Under the pieces are notes generated by a model. That model was given only the letters and a program-made list of their open reading frames with translations. It had not been told where the DNA came from and did not search any database. A DNA stretch of 58,185 bases, the filler included, from Bilabrum cf. latius (taxonomy: Eukaryota), in NCBI GenBank assembly GCA_965178125.1. It is 2 parts of 2 records of this genome, joined end to end, with 100 filler letters (N's around TTAATTAATTAA, not from the genome) between each part and the next. Parts side by side here need not be neighbours in the genome. Positions count along the whole stretch, not along the records: positions 1 to 29,157 come from CBCXTV010000019.1; 1 more part is not named here. One strand, given 5' to 3'. Positions 11,616-22,464 of the stretch are shown piece by piece (the stretch's first letter is position 1; each line of letters starts with the position of its first letter). The translations under genes were made by a program, and so were the position numbers.

Positions 11616-12855
11616 TCGCCGTTGGTGTGTCGCGCATCGCGTACGTTTTCGATGGCTCATTTTTCCGCGCGCTATCGGTCAATCTTTAATTCGCGGTCGA
11701 GGTCGTCTTCGTCGACCGTTCGACCATTTGTCAATAGCGTCTAGGGGAGACGACGTTGTTGCCGAGAGCGTCATTGCAGATCGCAACGCTTCAAACTGAA
11801 AAACAACCCAGCGTTTCGCTTATCGTCACCGATGCTTCTCGCCGCTCCTTGCGGTCGTCTGCTCGCATGTCGCATGCGTGTCTCCGGCTGTCTGTCGTAG
11901 TCGCCACTCAGCCGCAGGATTGATGAGATTGATGAGGTGACTTTGGCGAAGTATCGGAAAGCCAGCGCTAAGGCCAATATTCGTAGTGTGCTCCGTCTGT
12001 GTAGAATGGCTGCATATGTGGTGGCAAGAAGTTGATAATCGGGAGGTTCGCTACACTGATGACATTACTGGGCAGGAAAGCTGTGTGAGTACAAAAGAAA
12101 TACGCAGACCAAAAAAAGATGCCGGCCGTATCCTTGACGAAGATAGCCAAAATGGAAAAGCCCAGAAAGAGAGACAAACGAATACTGCAGCAGAGCGGCA
12201 ACCAGAATAAAAGCACAGTGAACAAGAGGGATATAGAGAGAGCAAGAGAGGTTGTGCGACTCAGGTACAAATAAAGAGAGAAAGAGACATACTGATAGAC
12301 GTGCATGTTAAGCGACTTACAGACAGCCAGACAGGTAGACCGACAAAATGCCAGACAGACATACAGGTAGACCGACAAACATACAGAGAGATAGAGAATG
12401 AGGACAAGACAAATAGATGCCAAACGCAATTGGTACGAATACCGCTACCCGATGACGCAGGGACGGTAAGCAGGGTGCACAGTCGAATCCCGAAGAGCTT
12501 GCAAGACTCATGTCCGCCTCCATGCGCAACTTACACACTCGATTGGTCACCTTATTTGCCCAAGATTCATCGCAATGCTGCAGTCGACAACGACCCTCGC
12601 GTTCTGTGCACAAGCGGCCCCGCTAAGAGGCAATGCTTTTGCAGCAGAGTAGTCTTGATGCCTAGAGTTTTTTGCGCTACATCGACGCATCTTGGTTTTG
12701 AGTGGGCGGGGGTGGGCGGTCAGCCTTGCGGGCGGCACCACAGCGTGAGGGGCAAGCCACAATCTTCGTGCAGCAAGCATAGCGTCGGAACAAGCACTTT
12801 TTTGCAGATTCGACTTTGAGCCTCGATTTCGCACCTCGATTAGGCGAGCCCACCG

Positions 12856-14823
12856 ATGTCGTCGTCTTCGAAAGACTCGGATGTCAAGCGCCGACGCCTC
12901 TTCTCCGATCTGCGCCTCGTGCCTGGGTGCTCTCGGACGGCAGTGTCGAAAATCTTGCAGACCTTGCACTCGCATGGTGAGCTGAAGTCGGACATCGGTG
13001 CGGCAGCCGAGCGCACGATACGAGAGCGCTTCGAGATCTCCGTTGACGACGCCGTCGCTTTGGACACGCCGTATGGACGTCTGATCGAGTCTGTCGAGTT
13101 GCAACACCCCACCCACTCGAAGCTCGAGATTGTGAATCCTTTGGCACTTCTGCATGTCCTCAGCGCTCGCAGTCGTGATTTTTACGATTTGCTCTCGACG
13201 GTCGTCAAGCCGCTTGAGCCTCGTAAGATCGTTTTGTACATCGACGAGTTGACCCCAGGGAACCCGCTGCGGCCGGAGAAGAGCAGATGTACCCAATGTC
13301 TCTATTGGACGTTCGCCGATTTCCCACCGCATGTCGTCATCAAGTCCGATTTCTGGTTCTTGGTCACAGTCGTTCGGTCGAAGATCTTGGAGGTCGTCCC
13401 CGGTCAAGCGTCGGCTCTGATGCGAACCATCTTGAAGCTCTTCTTCTTATCGAAGCATCGGAATTTTTCGCAGGGCCTCGTGGTGCAGAATGGGCACGAC
13501 AGCTTCCTTCTCCGCGCGACGTTCGGGGGATTCGTATGCGACGAAAAGGCGTTGAAAGAGGTGTTTGGCCTCAAGGGCGCCTCAGGTACGAAACCCTGCC
13601 CGACATGCGAGAATGTCGTCAAAGCGTCGCAGTCGGCACTCGCAAACACGACAGTCGTCAACTTGTCGTGCTGCGACTACTCGAAGTTCCGCTACCACTC
13701 GAATGCAACTTTCTACGAGATGGTCGACAGGTTGGCGTCGCAGATCCGCAGCGGAGCATCGAAGTCGTCAATCGAGAAACTCGAACAGCTCATGGGCGTC
13801 AACTACAACGCCAACAACTTGCTCTTTGACGACGAGTGTCGACAGATCGTGCGTCCAGTCGAGCATTATGTGCGGGACTGGATGCACACGATGGTCTCGA
13901 ACGGCGTCGCCGGAACGGAGACGGCGATGTTATTGCACGCGCTGAAGGACGAGGGCATATCGCCGTCGATGCTCGCCACGTACGCATCGAACTATCGACT
14001 GCCGACTTCGCGGGGAAAGGTCGACATGTCGTGGTTCAGCGAGAAACGCATTGGCGAAGACCATTTGCGCACCTTCGCGAGCGAGCAGTTGAATCTCTTG
14101 CCGATCGTCCTCGCTTTCGTCGAAGATGTCGTCGCTCCTCGAGGAATCCTGGTCGATCATCGGAAGTGCTTCTCCTTGCTGGTGTCCATCGTTCAGATCT
14201 TGGGCAAGGGGCCAGCGGCGTCGATGTCGCACCTTGCCACTCTTCGGGAGATGATCGTCGAGCATCATCGTCTTTTCGTGGCCTTGTACCCGCAAGCGGT
14301 CAAGCCCAAGTTCCACCACATGATGCACCTCCCGGAAGACATGCAGAAAGTTGGCGCGCTGCTATCATGTTTCCCAACTGAGCGAAAGCATCGAGCGGTC
14401 AAATCGTCTTGCTTAGTCGTTTTTCGCCATTTCGAGCATACATTGTTGATCGATTTTGCTCATCGCCAGTTGAATTCTCTATTAGAGCCGACGCTGTACC
14501 AAGAGGCCATCTTGATAAGGCCGACAGTCGTTCCGAATCGCAACATTTTGACGTCGAAGTCGGCCCGTCTTCCATGCGGCGAAGCGCATGTCGACGACAT
14601 GTGTTTGATGAGGTCGCGAACCGTCGGCCGAGTCGAGGCTTTCGTGGATGTCCAAGGTCAAGTCGTCGCGATGGTCCGGGAACTCGCACAAGCCGGGGGC
14701 CTCCATCGGTGGACGACCGAAGATTCGAGCGTTGCCGCTCGTTTTGCCGACGAAATTGTCAGTTTGTTGTCGTGGGCTCCATGTAATCCTTGTGTGGTTC
14801 GTGTGTGCATGCCTGCAGTTTGA
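12856..14823 (+). CDS. EnSpm/CACTA-type (Plavaka-like) DDE transposase, 655 aa, intact
   Basis: Motifs LYIDE, FVCDEKALKEVFGLKGASGTKPCPTC (D...KG..G..PC..C), RDWMHTMVSNGV (D.MH...GV) and KPKFHHMMHLPEDMQKVGALLSCFPTERKH (K.H...H...G...F..E) are characteristic of CMC-EnSpm transposases. Confidence 0.85.
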   Translation: MSSSSKDSDVKRRRLFSDLRLVPGCSRTAVSKILQTLHSHGELKSDIGAAAERTIRERFEISVDDAVALDTPYGRLIESVELQHPTHSKLEIVNPLALLHVLSARSRDFYDLLSTVVKPLEPRKIVLYIDELTPGNPLRPEKSRCTQCLYWTFADFPPHVVIKSDFWFLVTVVRSKILEVVPGQASALMRTILKLFFLSKHRNFSQGLVVQNGHDSFLLRATFGGFVCDEKALKEVFGLKGASGTKPCPTCENVVKASQSALANTTVVNLSCCDYSKFRYHSNATFYEMVDRLASQIRSGASKSSIEKLEQLMGVNYNANNLLFDDECRQIVRPVEHYVRDWMHTMVSNGVAGTETAMLLHALKDEGISPSMLATYASNYRLPTSRGKVDMSWFSEKRIGEDHLRTFASEQLNLLPIVLAFVEDVVAPRGILVDHRKCFSLLVSIVQILGKGPAASMSHLATLREMIVEHHRLFVALYPQAVKPKFHHMMHLPEDMQKVGALLSCFPTERKHRAVKSSCLVVFRHFEHTLLIDFAHRQLNSLLEPTLYQEAILIRPTVVPNRNILTSKSARLPCGEAHVDDMCLMRSRTVGRVEAFVDVQGQVVAMVRELAQAGGLHRWTTEDSSVAARFADEIVSLLSWAPCNPCVVRVCMPAV

Positions 14824-15829
14824 TCGTGCGTCGGGACAATCGCCCTGAGGCTAGACCTCGCTCGATCTTCAAGTCGTTTGCTGTTTTTTTCTCTCGTAGG
14901 CCGAAAGATCGTGTGCCGAGGAGCGACCGATTGAAAGTTCTTGCAAAATGAGCTCGCGCTTACTGCAGAAGTTGGTGAAGGACACACCCACCTCGCCGAC
15001 CAAGAGACCAATCCACCTACCACCACTACCACAAGCCCCCCAAACAGCTATGTACCCCGCCCCTGCTCCTCCCGAGACATACACACACCCTGAAACATTT
15101 ACGAAGACACACGCCGACGGACGCGCAAAAGTCCACCCCAACACATGCGGCTACATATACATATACACAGGCACATGTGTATGAAGATATACATATGTGT
15201 ATGAATATATACACATACACAAGTTCTTGCAAACCCCAGCAACGCCACACTAAACTTAATTAAGCTTTGTCTGCTTAAACCCAATTCCTCCATGCATGGT
15301 TGAAGGAAAAAACTTATTTTGTGGTCTGGCCTTTGGAAAAACAGTCAAAGCGCACATCCACATTTCTGCTCCCCGGCTAGCGGTGTCGATACTGGCGATC
15401 ATCTTTGCTTTAAACACATTTCCCCGCCAGGCTTCCGCCGACATGAACGAAGTAGGGTGTAGTATCGTGTAACTTGCAAAATTCATTGTACAGACTCTCC
15501 CTGCAGGGCCAGTTTCTAGTATCAAAATTGCTCTTAAGAGCATCGATGTACGGTGGCGGAGGGTATCATGCGGTACTGTGAGACACAAGCCTACAGCGCA
15601 GTGGATCATGTTTTGGGCGAATAGATTTGGCACTAGATCTGGGGCAGATTAGGTTTTGTCAGAGTGAGACAGTGTATTGTGGACAGATGCTGTCGCGCAC
15701 CTTTTTGTGTTGGCTGCGACTGTTGCCTAGTGTGGCGCCCATTACAATTTCTCTGGCTGCATAATCAAGCGCTGAGGCTTTCACAAGGTGGGTGTAGTGA
15801 GAAATGTAGTATATGCAGAAAGACGGGGG

Positions 15830-18190
15830 ACCGGCGATTTTGCCTCGTCCGGCGCCAGGCCACCAGTAAATTGTCTGCAACTCGCAGTGATCTGCGTACT
15901 CAGACAAAAGTTAGACCCCAAGTTTCAGGGTCCCGTTTTTCTTCGGGTTTTCTCGGGGGTGCTTAAGCTCCCCTGAGGCATTATAGAGGCTTTCCTTTGC
16001 CAGAAATCAAATTGGTCCAGGACGAGGCGCAAGTGATATTTGCACTTCGTCTGGCGCCACACAACCAGGATGCATTTTCCATCGCAGTCGACTGCGAACT
16101 CAAACCACTCAGGGTTTAGGGTTGAGGGTTTCGGTCCCGGGGTCTTATTTGTGTGAAGGGTTTGCTTGGAATCTTGGTGCTGGGTTGAGGGGCGTTCCGG
16201 AGGGTTTTTTTTAGTTGGCATGCTGGTATGTCCAGAGGGAACAAGTAGCGCTTTTGATGTGCCTGGCGCCAGACGACCAGTGGGTCTTTTGGCATGCAAT
16301 CGACAGCGATGTGAAAACGCTTAAGTTTTCGCATCGGGCTCCGATTTTTGGCTTCATATTGTCTTGGGATCGTGGGGCTAAGTTGCGGCGTTTTCGTCAC
16401 AGCTTTTCAGTTGGACTGTTAGTATGTGCAGGGGCCAGAACTAGTGGCGTTTGGGCCTCGTTTGGCGCCTACGACCAGTGACTTTTTCGTAATTTGTTTT
16501 GGACTGCGAAGTTAAATTGTTTAAAGCTTGGGGTGGGGGTTCGGCCCCGGGTCTCATTTTTGTCCTAAGGGTTTTTTCTCGGGGTCTTGGGGCAAAGTTG
16601 GTTTTAAATACGAATTTAGCACAGATCTTAGTATGTTGAAGAATGGCCGCAAGTGGCGTTCTTACCTCGTCTAACGCCATACGACCATTGGGTTTTTGAG
16701 TTCGCAGCCGGCTATAATCTATCGACGTTAGGCTTTCGGGATTGGGCCCCGGAGCACGATGTGTTCAAAGGGTTTTCTTGGGGTATGTAAGGCTAAGGTG
16801 GGTTTTTAGTAGAGCGTCTTCAGTAGGAATCGCAGTATGTTCCAAGACAGTGGGCCGGTGGTATGTTTGCCTCGCTTGGCGCCGCCATACCACCAGTGTT
16901 TTTTTAGATCGCAACCAAGTGCAATCCAAGGTTACTTAGAAGTCGGAGTAAAGTTTTCGGGCCCCGGGATCCAACTTTTCATTTTGGGTTTTTCGGGGGA
17001 CTGTTGGGCTAACATGAGTTTTCTCAAAGGGTGTTCAAGTAGGAATGCTAATATGGATGAGGGGCAAGCGGCGTCCTTGCCTTGTCAGGGGCCACATGAC
17101 CAGTGGGGTTTTACATGTTTGCTGTCAACCGCAAACACAACACACTTAGGGTTTAAAGGTTTCGCATTTTGGCCCCCAGATCCTAGTTTTTTGCATTAGG
17201 GTTGTCTTGGGAGCTTGGGCCAATGTGCGGTGGGGTGAAAGCTCTTAGGGATCTAGCATATCGAGGACAAAGGGCCGGCAACCTTCTCGCCTCGTCCTGG
17301 CGCCAGACGACCAGCGTTTTTGGTAATTCGCAGTCGCCTGCATGCGAAACGAGATACCATTGTCTACCTCAGTGTTTTCTTGGGACTGCGGGCCTACTCG
17401 AGGAGGGTCTAAAGCTCGTTTAAGTAGGAATTGCAAAAGACTTAGGCGGACGGGCAAACAACGTTCTTGCCTCGTCGGGCGCCAGACGGCCAGTGAGGGT
17501 GTTCAGTTCGCACTCGACTGCGATTTCCCCTAGAACCGGAGAAGTATCTGAAGAATCCGTTCTTATATGGGGGTTTCGTCAACCCAGTTTAGGTATCCCT
17601 ACAAAATCTTTATGGAGTTCATAGAAACTCCGAAAGTATGTTGGCGAAAAACCTTATATAACAACGGGTTCTGCAGGTACTTGGATCCAGGAAAAAAGGG
17701 CAGGCGTTCTGACCTCGCCTGGCGCCAGACAACCAGTTGCTTTTGGAATTTGCAGTCGACTGCGACTTGAAACTACTTAGGCTTTAAAAAGTTAGCCATT
17801 GTTTTTTGAAGGATTTTCTTGGCGTTGCGGGGTCTACTTGAGGGGGCTTACAGCTCGTTCGAGTAGGCGTTTTAGTATCTTTAGAAAGGGGGAGCAGGCA
17901 GCGTTCTTGCCTCGTCCAGCCCCAGGCGACCAATGAGTGTGTTTAGCTCGCAGTCGGCAGCGTTTTCCGAAATGATCGGACAAGTCGTTGCAGAATCCGT
18001 TGTTACATGGAGTTTTTCGTTAACAAAGTTTCGGAACCCTTAAAAAATCTATACGGATGTCCCAGGGGTCCCAAAATCATTTTGACAAAAACCTTACATA
18101 ACAAGGGATTCTGCTGGTACCTGCGGGAGGAGGGGCAGGGGCGTTCTTGCTTCGTCTGGCGCCAGGCGACCAGTGATTCTTTGAAATCGT
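15830..18190. repeat. Degenerate tandem array, 12 units, mean period ~210 bp, two palindromes per unit
   Basis: Core GCGTTCTTGCCTCGTCTGGCGCCAGACGACCAGTG ... TCGCAGTCGACTGCGA. GGCGCC-equivalent centres at about 15851, 16053, 16265, 16464, 16673, 16878, 17088, 17299, 17478, 17721, 17918, 18158. Confidence 0.9.
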
Positions 18191-18646
18191 AGGTCGTGCT
18201 ATGTGGGTCCTCATAGCCAAGATGACGGAAAACTGTGGCCGCCCCTGTAACGTCGGATTCAGCATGTACTTGGGGCTCATCCGGGGGTTGCAAGGGGCTT
18301 TCGGAGTTGCCCCCTGTGTTACAGGGCTTTGTACCTGCTGAACCCGACATTACAGGGATGTCCAAAAAAACGCCTGTCATCTTGGATACGACACCAAACA
18401 TTAACCTTTATGTGCGCCATGTGGATTCTGTAGCCAAGATGACGGACCTTGTCATGGGGCGTTTTTGGCGGCGCGCGCCTCCCATGTGCAACTTCGGTGG
18501 CGGACGCAAAGCGTTTAGAAACGTGTCGGAATGAGATTCCCACTTTCGGGCGTCATGACCTCCCTGCTTCCATGACTCCGACCACCCTTCCTTTGGCATC
18601 CCGCCTGCAACTTTCGCAGGGTGGATTTTGCCATTTTTAAGGGGCC

Positions 18647-18740
18647 GCTAAGTGACTTAGCCGACTTAGCTAACTGACTTAGCTAAGTCGGCTAACTCAC
18701 TTAGCCGACTTAGCTAAGTGTGTTGTAAGTCAGACTTATA
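18647..18740. repeat. Short subterminal direct/inverted repeats (GACTTAG / CTAAGT) near the CACTA end
   Basis: GCTAAGTGACTTAGCCGACTTAGCTAACTGACTTAGCTAAGTCGGCTAACTCACTTAGCCGACTTAGCTAAGTG. This arrangement is typical of CACTA subterminal binding sites. Confidence 0.8.
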
Positions 18741-18824
18741 ACACCCCTAAGTGGGTTAAGAACACGTCCATGTTAAGTACACTATAACTGAGTTATAAGA
18801 CAGCCAAGTAGTCATACCTACTTA

Positions 18825-18847
18825 CAAAAAGGGCCGCCAACATAGTG
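18825..18847 (-). repeat. Right terminal inverted repeat of the CACTA element (CACTATGTTGGCGGCCCTTTTTG on the minus strand); predicted 3-bp TSD CAC at 18848-18850
   Basis: TAGTG terminus lies exactly at the compositional break. The partner TIR is outside the window, so TIR length and TSD are unconfirmed. Confidence 0.7.
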
Positions 18848-20816
18848 CACCCCTGGCCTAGCCGCTGTCGTAGCCGGGTTTGTGCACCAGGCGTGGCAGG
18901 CGCAGCAGTGGCAACAGGCCTGTGCACGTCGGAAGGATTTTCCGCGGCGCGCCGGTTCCTGACTTCGCCGCGGTCGCTGCCGAGGTCGGTCGCGCTCGAC
19001 CGGAGGACCAGGCCGCGGCGCTCCGCTCCCTCCTCGTCGGCAGTGCCATCCCCCGAGCGGTGGCGGTGCACTGGACCAGCACGGCCCAGTGCCCGTACTG
19101 TGGCGCCCCCGCCGAGACCCTCGTCCACCGCTTGTGGACATGCCCGCGCTGGGCGGCGCTCCGCACGCAGGCTGCCTCCCGGCCAGTCGCGGCGCTCCCG
19201 GCGGCCATGGCGCAGCACCTCATCCTCCCCCGGGATGCCGACGCCGAAGCGGCCCGCTGTGCCGCTGAGGCCACCGAGCTCACGCCGGTCACTGCGCGCC
19301 CGGCTGGTACCGTCTACACCGACGGTATCGCGCTTGACCCCCGCAACCGGCTCCTCCGCAGGGCCGCTTGGGCCGCGACGTGGTTCGCGGACGGGTCCTG
19401 GCGCGCGGTGGTGGGAGGTGTCCCGGGCCGCCAGACGGCGGCGAGGGCCGAGCTCACGGCGCTCGAGTGGGTGGCCCGCGCGTTGGCGGCCGGCGCTCCG
19501 GTCCGCGAGGTGGTCACCGACTGCCAATACGTCGCCGATGGCGCCGTGGCCCTGGCTCGGGACCTTGGCGCCGGCCTCGCCCTGGGCTTGGACGGGGACC
19601 TCTGGTCCTCGGTCGCCCGGAACCCCCCGCGCGCTCGCTGGGTTCCCGCCCACCTCGAATGGCCCCAGGCCGCTGCCCGGGGCTTGTCACGGGCCGACTG
19701 GTTCGGCAACCGCCTCGCCGACCAGCTGGCCGGCCGCGAGGCCCACCGGCGCCGTGCCCCCAGCCCGCTGCGCCGCCGCCGCAGAGCCGGCCTCCGCCTC
19801 CTCCGCAGCGCCTACGACATCGCCGGGTGCGTCCAGGTTGCCGCCTTGGAGGAGGGCCGGCGGCTGGGTACGCACCGCCACGGCAAGCGCCGTCCGGCGG
19901 ATTGACCGCGCCCCCCGGAGGCCGGGCCGCTGCCCGCCGCCCGCGCCCCCGCCGGACCCCCCCTGACGCGCAGCACCCGCTGGTGCACGACCTCTGGCCC
20001 GCCGAAGGACCCGTCGAGGCGGCTGCCTCTCTCCCGCGGCGGGGCTGCCGTGGGTCGCCGAGTGCCGCCGCTGCGGTACTCGGGCCTCCCACACCGCCCG
20101 CTGGCGTTGCGCTGCTCCGCACGCCCTTTGGCGGCGAGCAGTGGGATTGGGACCGCCATGACCTCGAACCCACCGCCGGAGGCTGGCGCTGCCGCCGCTG
20201 CTGGCTCTTCGCCCGGCCTGGGCACCCGGTCGAGGCGGCCCGGGGCCGCTGCCCCGTCCCCTCTTCGGCCCCGCCCGTGGCGCAGGCGGCCTTCCGCGTG
20301 GTGTTTGCCCGGATCGCGGACTGGCGGCATTGGTACCGTGGCGGCGAGCTCACCCCCCCCCCCCGTTGGGTACCTTGGCGGGCGGATGCTGCCATTCCGC
20401 GCGCACTACCTCTTGGCGGCTCGGCGGGTGAGCGCCTATGCCTCCGCTGCGGGCGGGCGGGCCCGCCCAAGTCCTTCGGCGGCCGCCCTTGCGTCCAGGC
20501 GGCGGTCCTCACTGGCCCCGCCGCTGCCTTGCTGCACTCCGGTCACCTCGATGCTCAATTGCGCGCCGCCCCACGGTGGGTGCAGTTGCGGGCGCGGGAG
20601 GCCGGCTGGTGCGATCTGGACGCGACCCCGCCTCTTGCCTCTGCGGGCCCGCTGGCCCCAGCGGCTGGGGCACCCTCGGCCTCCGCGGCCGCTGCCGCCG
20701 GCGGCCGCTCGCGGCGCCTGCCTTCAGGCCAGGACCCCTCGCCGCCGCTGGAGACCGCACGCTTGCGGCCCCGGCGGTTCCTTCCCCCCATGCGCTGCCG
20801 CCCGCGGGCCTCGTAG
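18848..20816 (+). pseudogene. 3' part of a non-LTR retrotransposon ORF2: zf-RVT + RNase H + Cys-rich tail, frameshifted
   Basis: CPYCGAPAETLVHRLWTCPRW (zf-RVT). VYTDG...QTAARAELTAL...VVTDCQYV...RWVPAH...GNRLADQLA (RNase H D-E-D-H-D). Upstream frame TPGLAAVVAGFVHQAWQAQQWQQACARRKDF begins right at the CACTA terminus. Confidence 0.9.
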
Positions 20817-21246
20817 GTGCCCCGCTTGGGCGGTCCGGAGCGGACGCCGCAGCCGCTGCTGCAGCCCGCGCCACGCCCTCCGAGGTCGCTGCCCCCGCCG
20901 TTGTCGCCGACATCCTCGGCTTGCGCCACCGCCGCCGGCGGCGGCCCTCGCGGCGGCTGGGAGAGCTGTGACCGGTGTAGGCGCGTCGCCCGCGCGTGCG
21001 TCCGCGCGCGCTCGCGGGTCTAGCCGCTGCCGGGCGATCTGAGCCGCCGCTGCGGCCGCCGCGCTCATGTGAGGCGTCCTTGGGTCTCCGCGGCCGCTGC
21101 CGGAGCCGGGACTGAGCCGCTGCTGCGGCCCGCTCTGTTCTGATCGCTGAGGCCGCGCGGCGCTCCCCGCGTCCTGCGCGCGGCCGCACTCTCCTTGCAA
21201 CATACGTTGCTGAGCGTACGCGAAGGCCGAGCCCAACCAAAAAGCG

Positions 21247-21312
21247 GGTGGGCGCGCGGGCGGGCGGGCGGGCGGGCGGGCGGGCGGGCGGGCGGGCAGG
21301 CAGGCGGGCTGG
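21247..21312. repeat. (GGCG)n microsatellite (similar tract at 29258-29362)
   Basis: Direct reading. Confidence 0.9.
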
Positions 21313-22036
21313 CTCACATGGTGGGTGGGAAGAATGAATTCACTTGGCCGGGGTGCAGGCTGCGCGCGTAGTCGGTCGTCGTCGCATGTGTTCCCAGGCG
21401 GGCATCAGTCAGTGGGCAGTGGCGGTTGGCCCCTTGCGATCCTCGGTTGTGTCGCCGCTCCTCGGTGCCTTTGCCAAATTCCAGCATTCGTAACAGATTC
21501 GACGGCTTGCAGCATGCACTGTGTATAATTATGCTGCGCACGCGTCTTGTGACTTAAGACATGTTTCCGGAGCGGCTTGCAATCGCGAACGTGCGTTAAT
21601 TTTCGCGCGTTCGTTGCGTTTTCTCGCACGTCGGTCCAGACGGTCGGTCTTTCGGTTCTCTCTTTTCCTCTTTTTCGCGGATCTAGTGGGGGAGCCGCGC
21701 AGGCAAGCGTGGTATTCTGTGTTTTTTTTCAGCTCCAGAGAGGGTGTCCATTTCTTTATGCGCCGATTGCTTCAAGTGGTCGTGCGTCCGCCGCGCGTCG
21801 TCCATGCCGCTTGTCTTGACAGTTGGGCTTTGTACGACGCATTGTAATCAATGTCGTGCGCACGTGCGGCTTCGAACTCCTACGATTGTCAAATATGACT
21901 GTGACGGATGTGCGGGCTCTGGGGGTGCGTGCAATCGTCATGGTTGTTGGGTCGGCAGCCAACTCAGCCAAGTCTCCTCGAGCTGTACCGCTGCGCGGTT
22001 TGTTGTCGGACCAGTTGCGCTTCATTGTTGGCGATA

Positions 22037-22464
22037 CTCCAGGTTGGTTAATTGGGGTTCCGGGATAAGTCAGCGTTCCGCTGGCCCGGCCGGCCGAGAT
22101 TTGGCCAAGTTTTGGGCCGATTTGGGCCGATTTTGGGCCGATTTGGGCCGATTTGGGCCGATTTTGGCCGATTTGGGCCGATTTGGGTCGAATTTTGGCC
22201 GATCTTGGCCGAATTTTGGCCGATTTGGGCGGATTTGGGGCCGATTTGGGCCGATTTTGGCTGAGTTTGGCTGAATTTGGGCCGATTTGGGCCAACTTTT
22301 GGCCGATTTTCGCCAAGTTTTGCCAAAATCGGCCCAAATCGGCCAAAACAGGCCCAAATCGGCCGAATTTCGGCCCAAATCGGCCCCAAATTCGGCCAAA
22401 GTTTGGGCCGGCCGGGCCGGCGGAACGCCGACTTACCCCGGAACCCCAATTAACCAACCTGGAG
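22037..22464. mobile_element. TA-flanked MITE (Tc1/mariner-type), ~60-bp TIRs, interior of 10-11-bp GATTTGGGCC repeats
   Basis: TA|CTCCAGGTTGGTTAATTGGGGTTCCGGG ... CCCCGGAACCCCAATTAACCAACCTGGAG|TA. Interior repeats switch orientation part way through. Confidence 0.9.

Larger units (their letters stand above)
1..18847 (+). mobile_element. Large (>18.8 kb, left end outside window) CACTA/EnSpm-superfamily DNA transposon with cargo genes
   Basis: Contains an EnSpm-type transposase (12856-14823) and subterminal repeat arrays (15830-18740). Ends in ...GGGCCGCCAACATAGTG at 18847 (reverse complement CACTATGTTGGCGGCCC). Sequence switches abruptly to GC-rich LINE coding sequence at 18848. Confidence 0.8.

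Noticed and set aside
11917-12630. Possible micro-exons (IDEIDEVTLAKYRKASAK followed by AG|GC; another near 12583-12629)
   Set aside because: Plausible splice signals, but no coherent gene model could be built without transcript data.
16111-16130. Telomeric TTTAGGG-like sequence (AGGGTTTAGGGTTGAGGGTT)
   Set aside because: Only 1-2 units, embedded in the array linker.
15830-18190. CRISPR array
   Set aside because: Repeats are degenerate, the inter-repeat DNA is ~150 bp and mutually homologous, no cas genes are present, and the context is eukaryotic.
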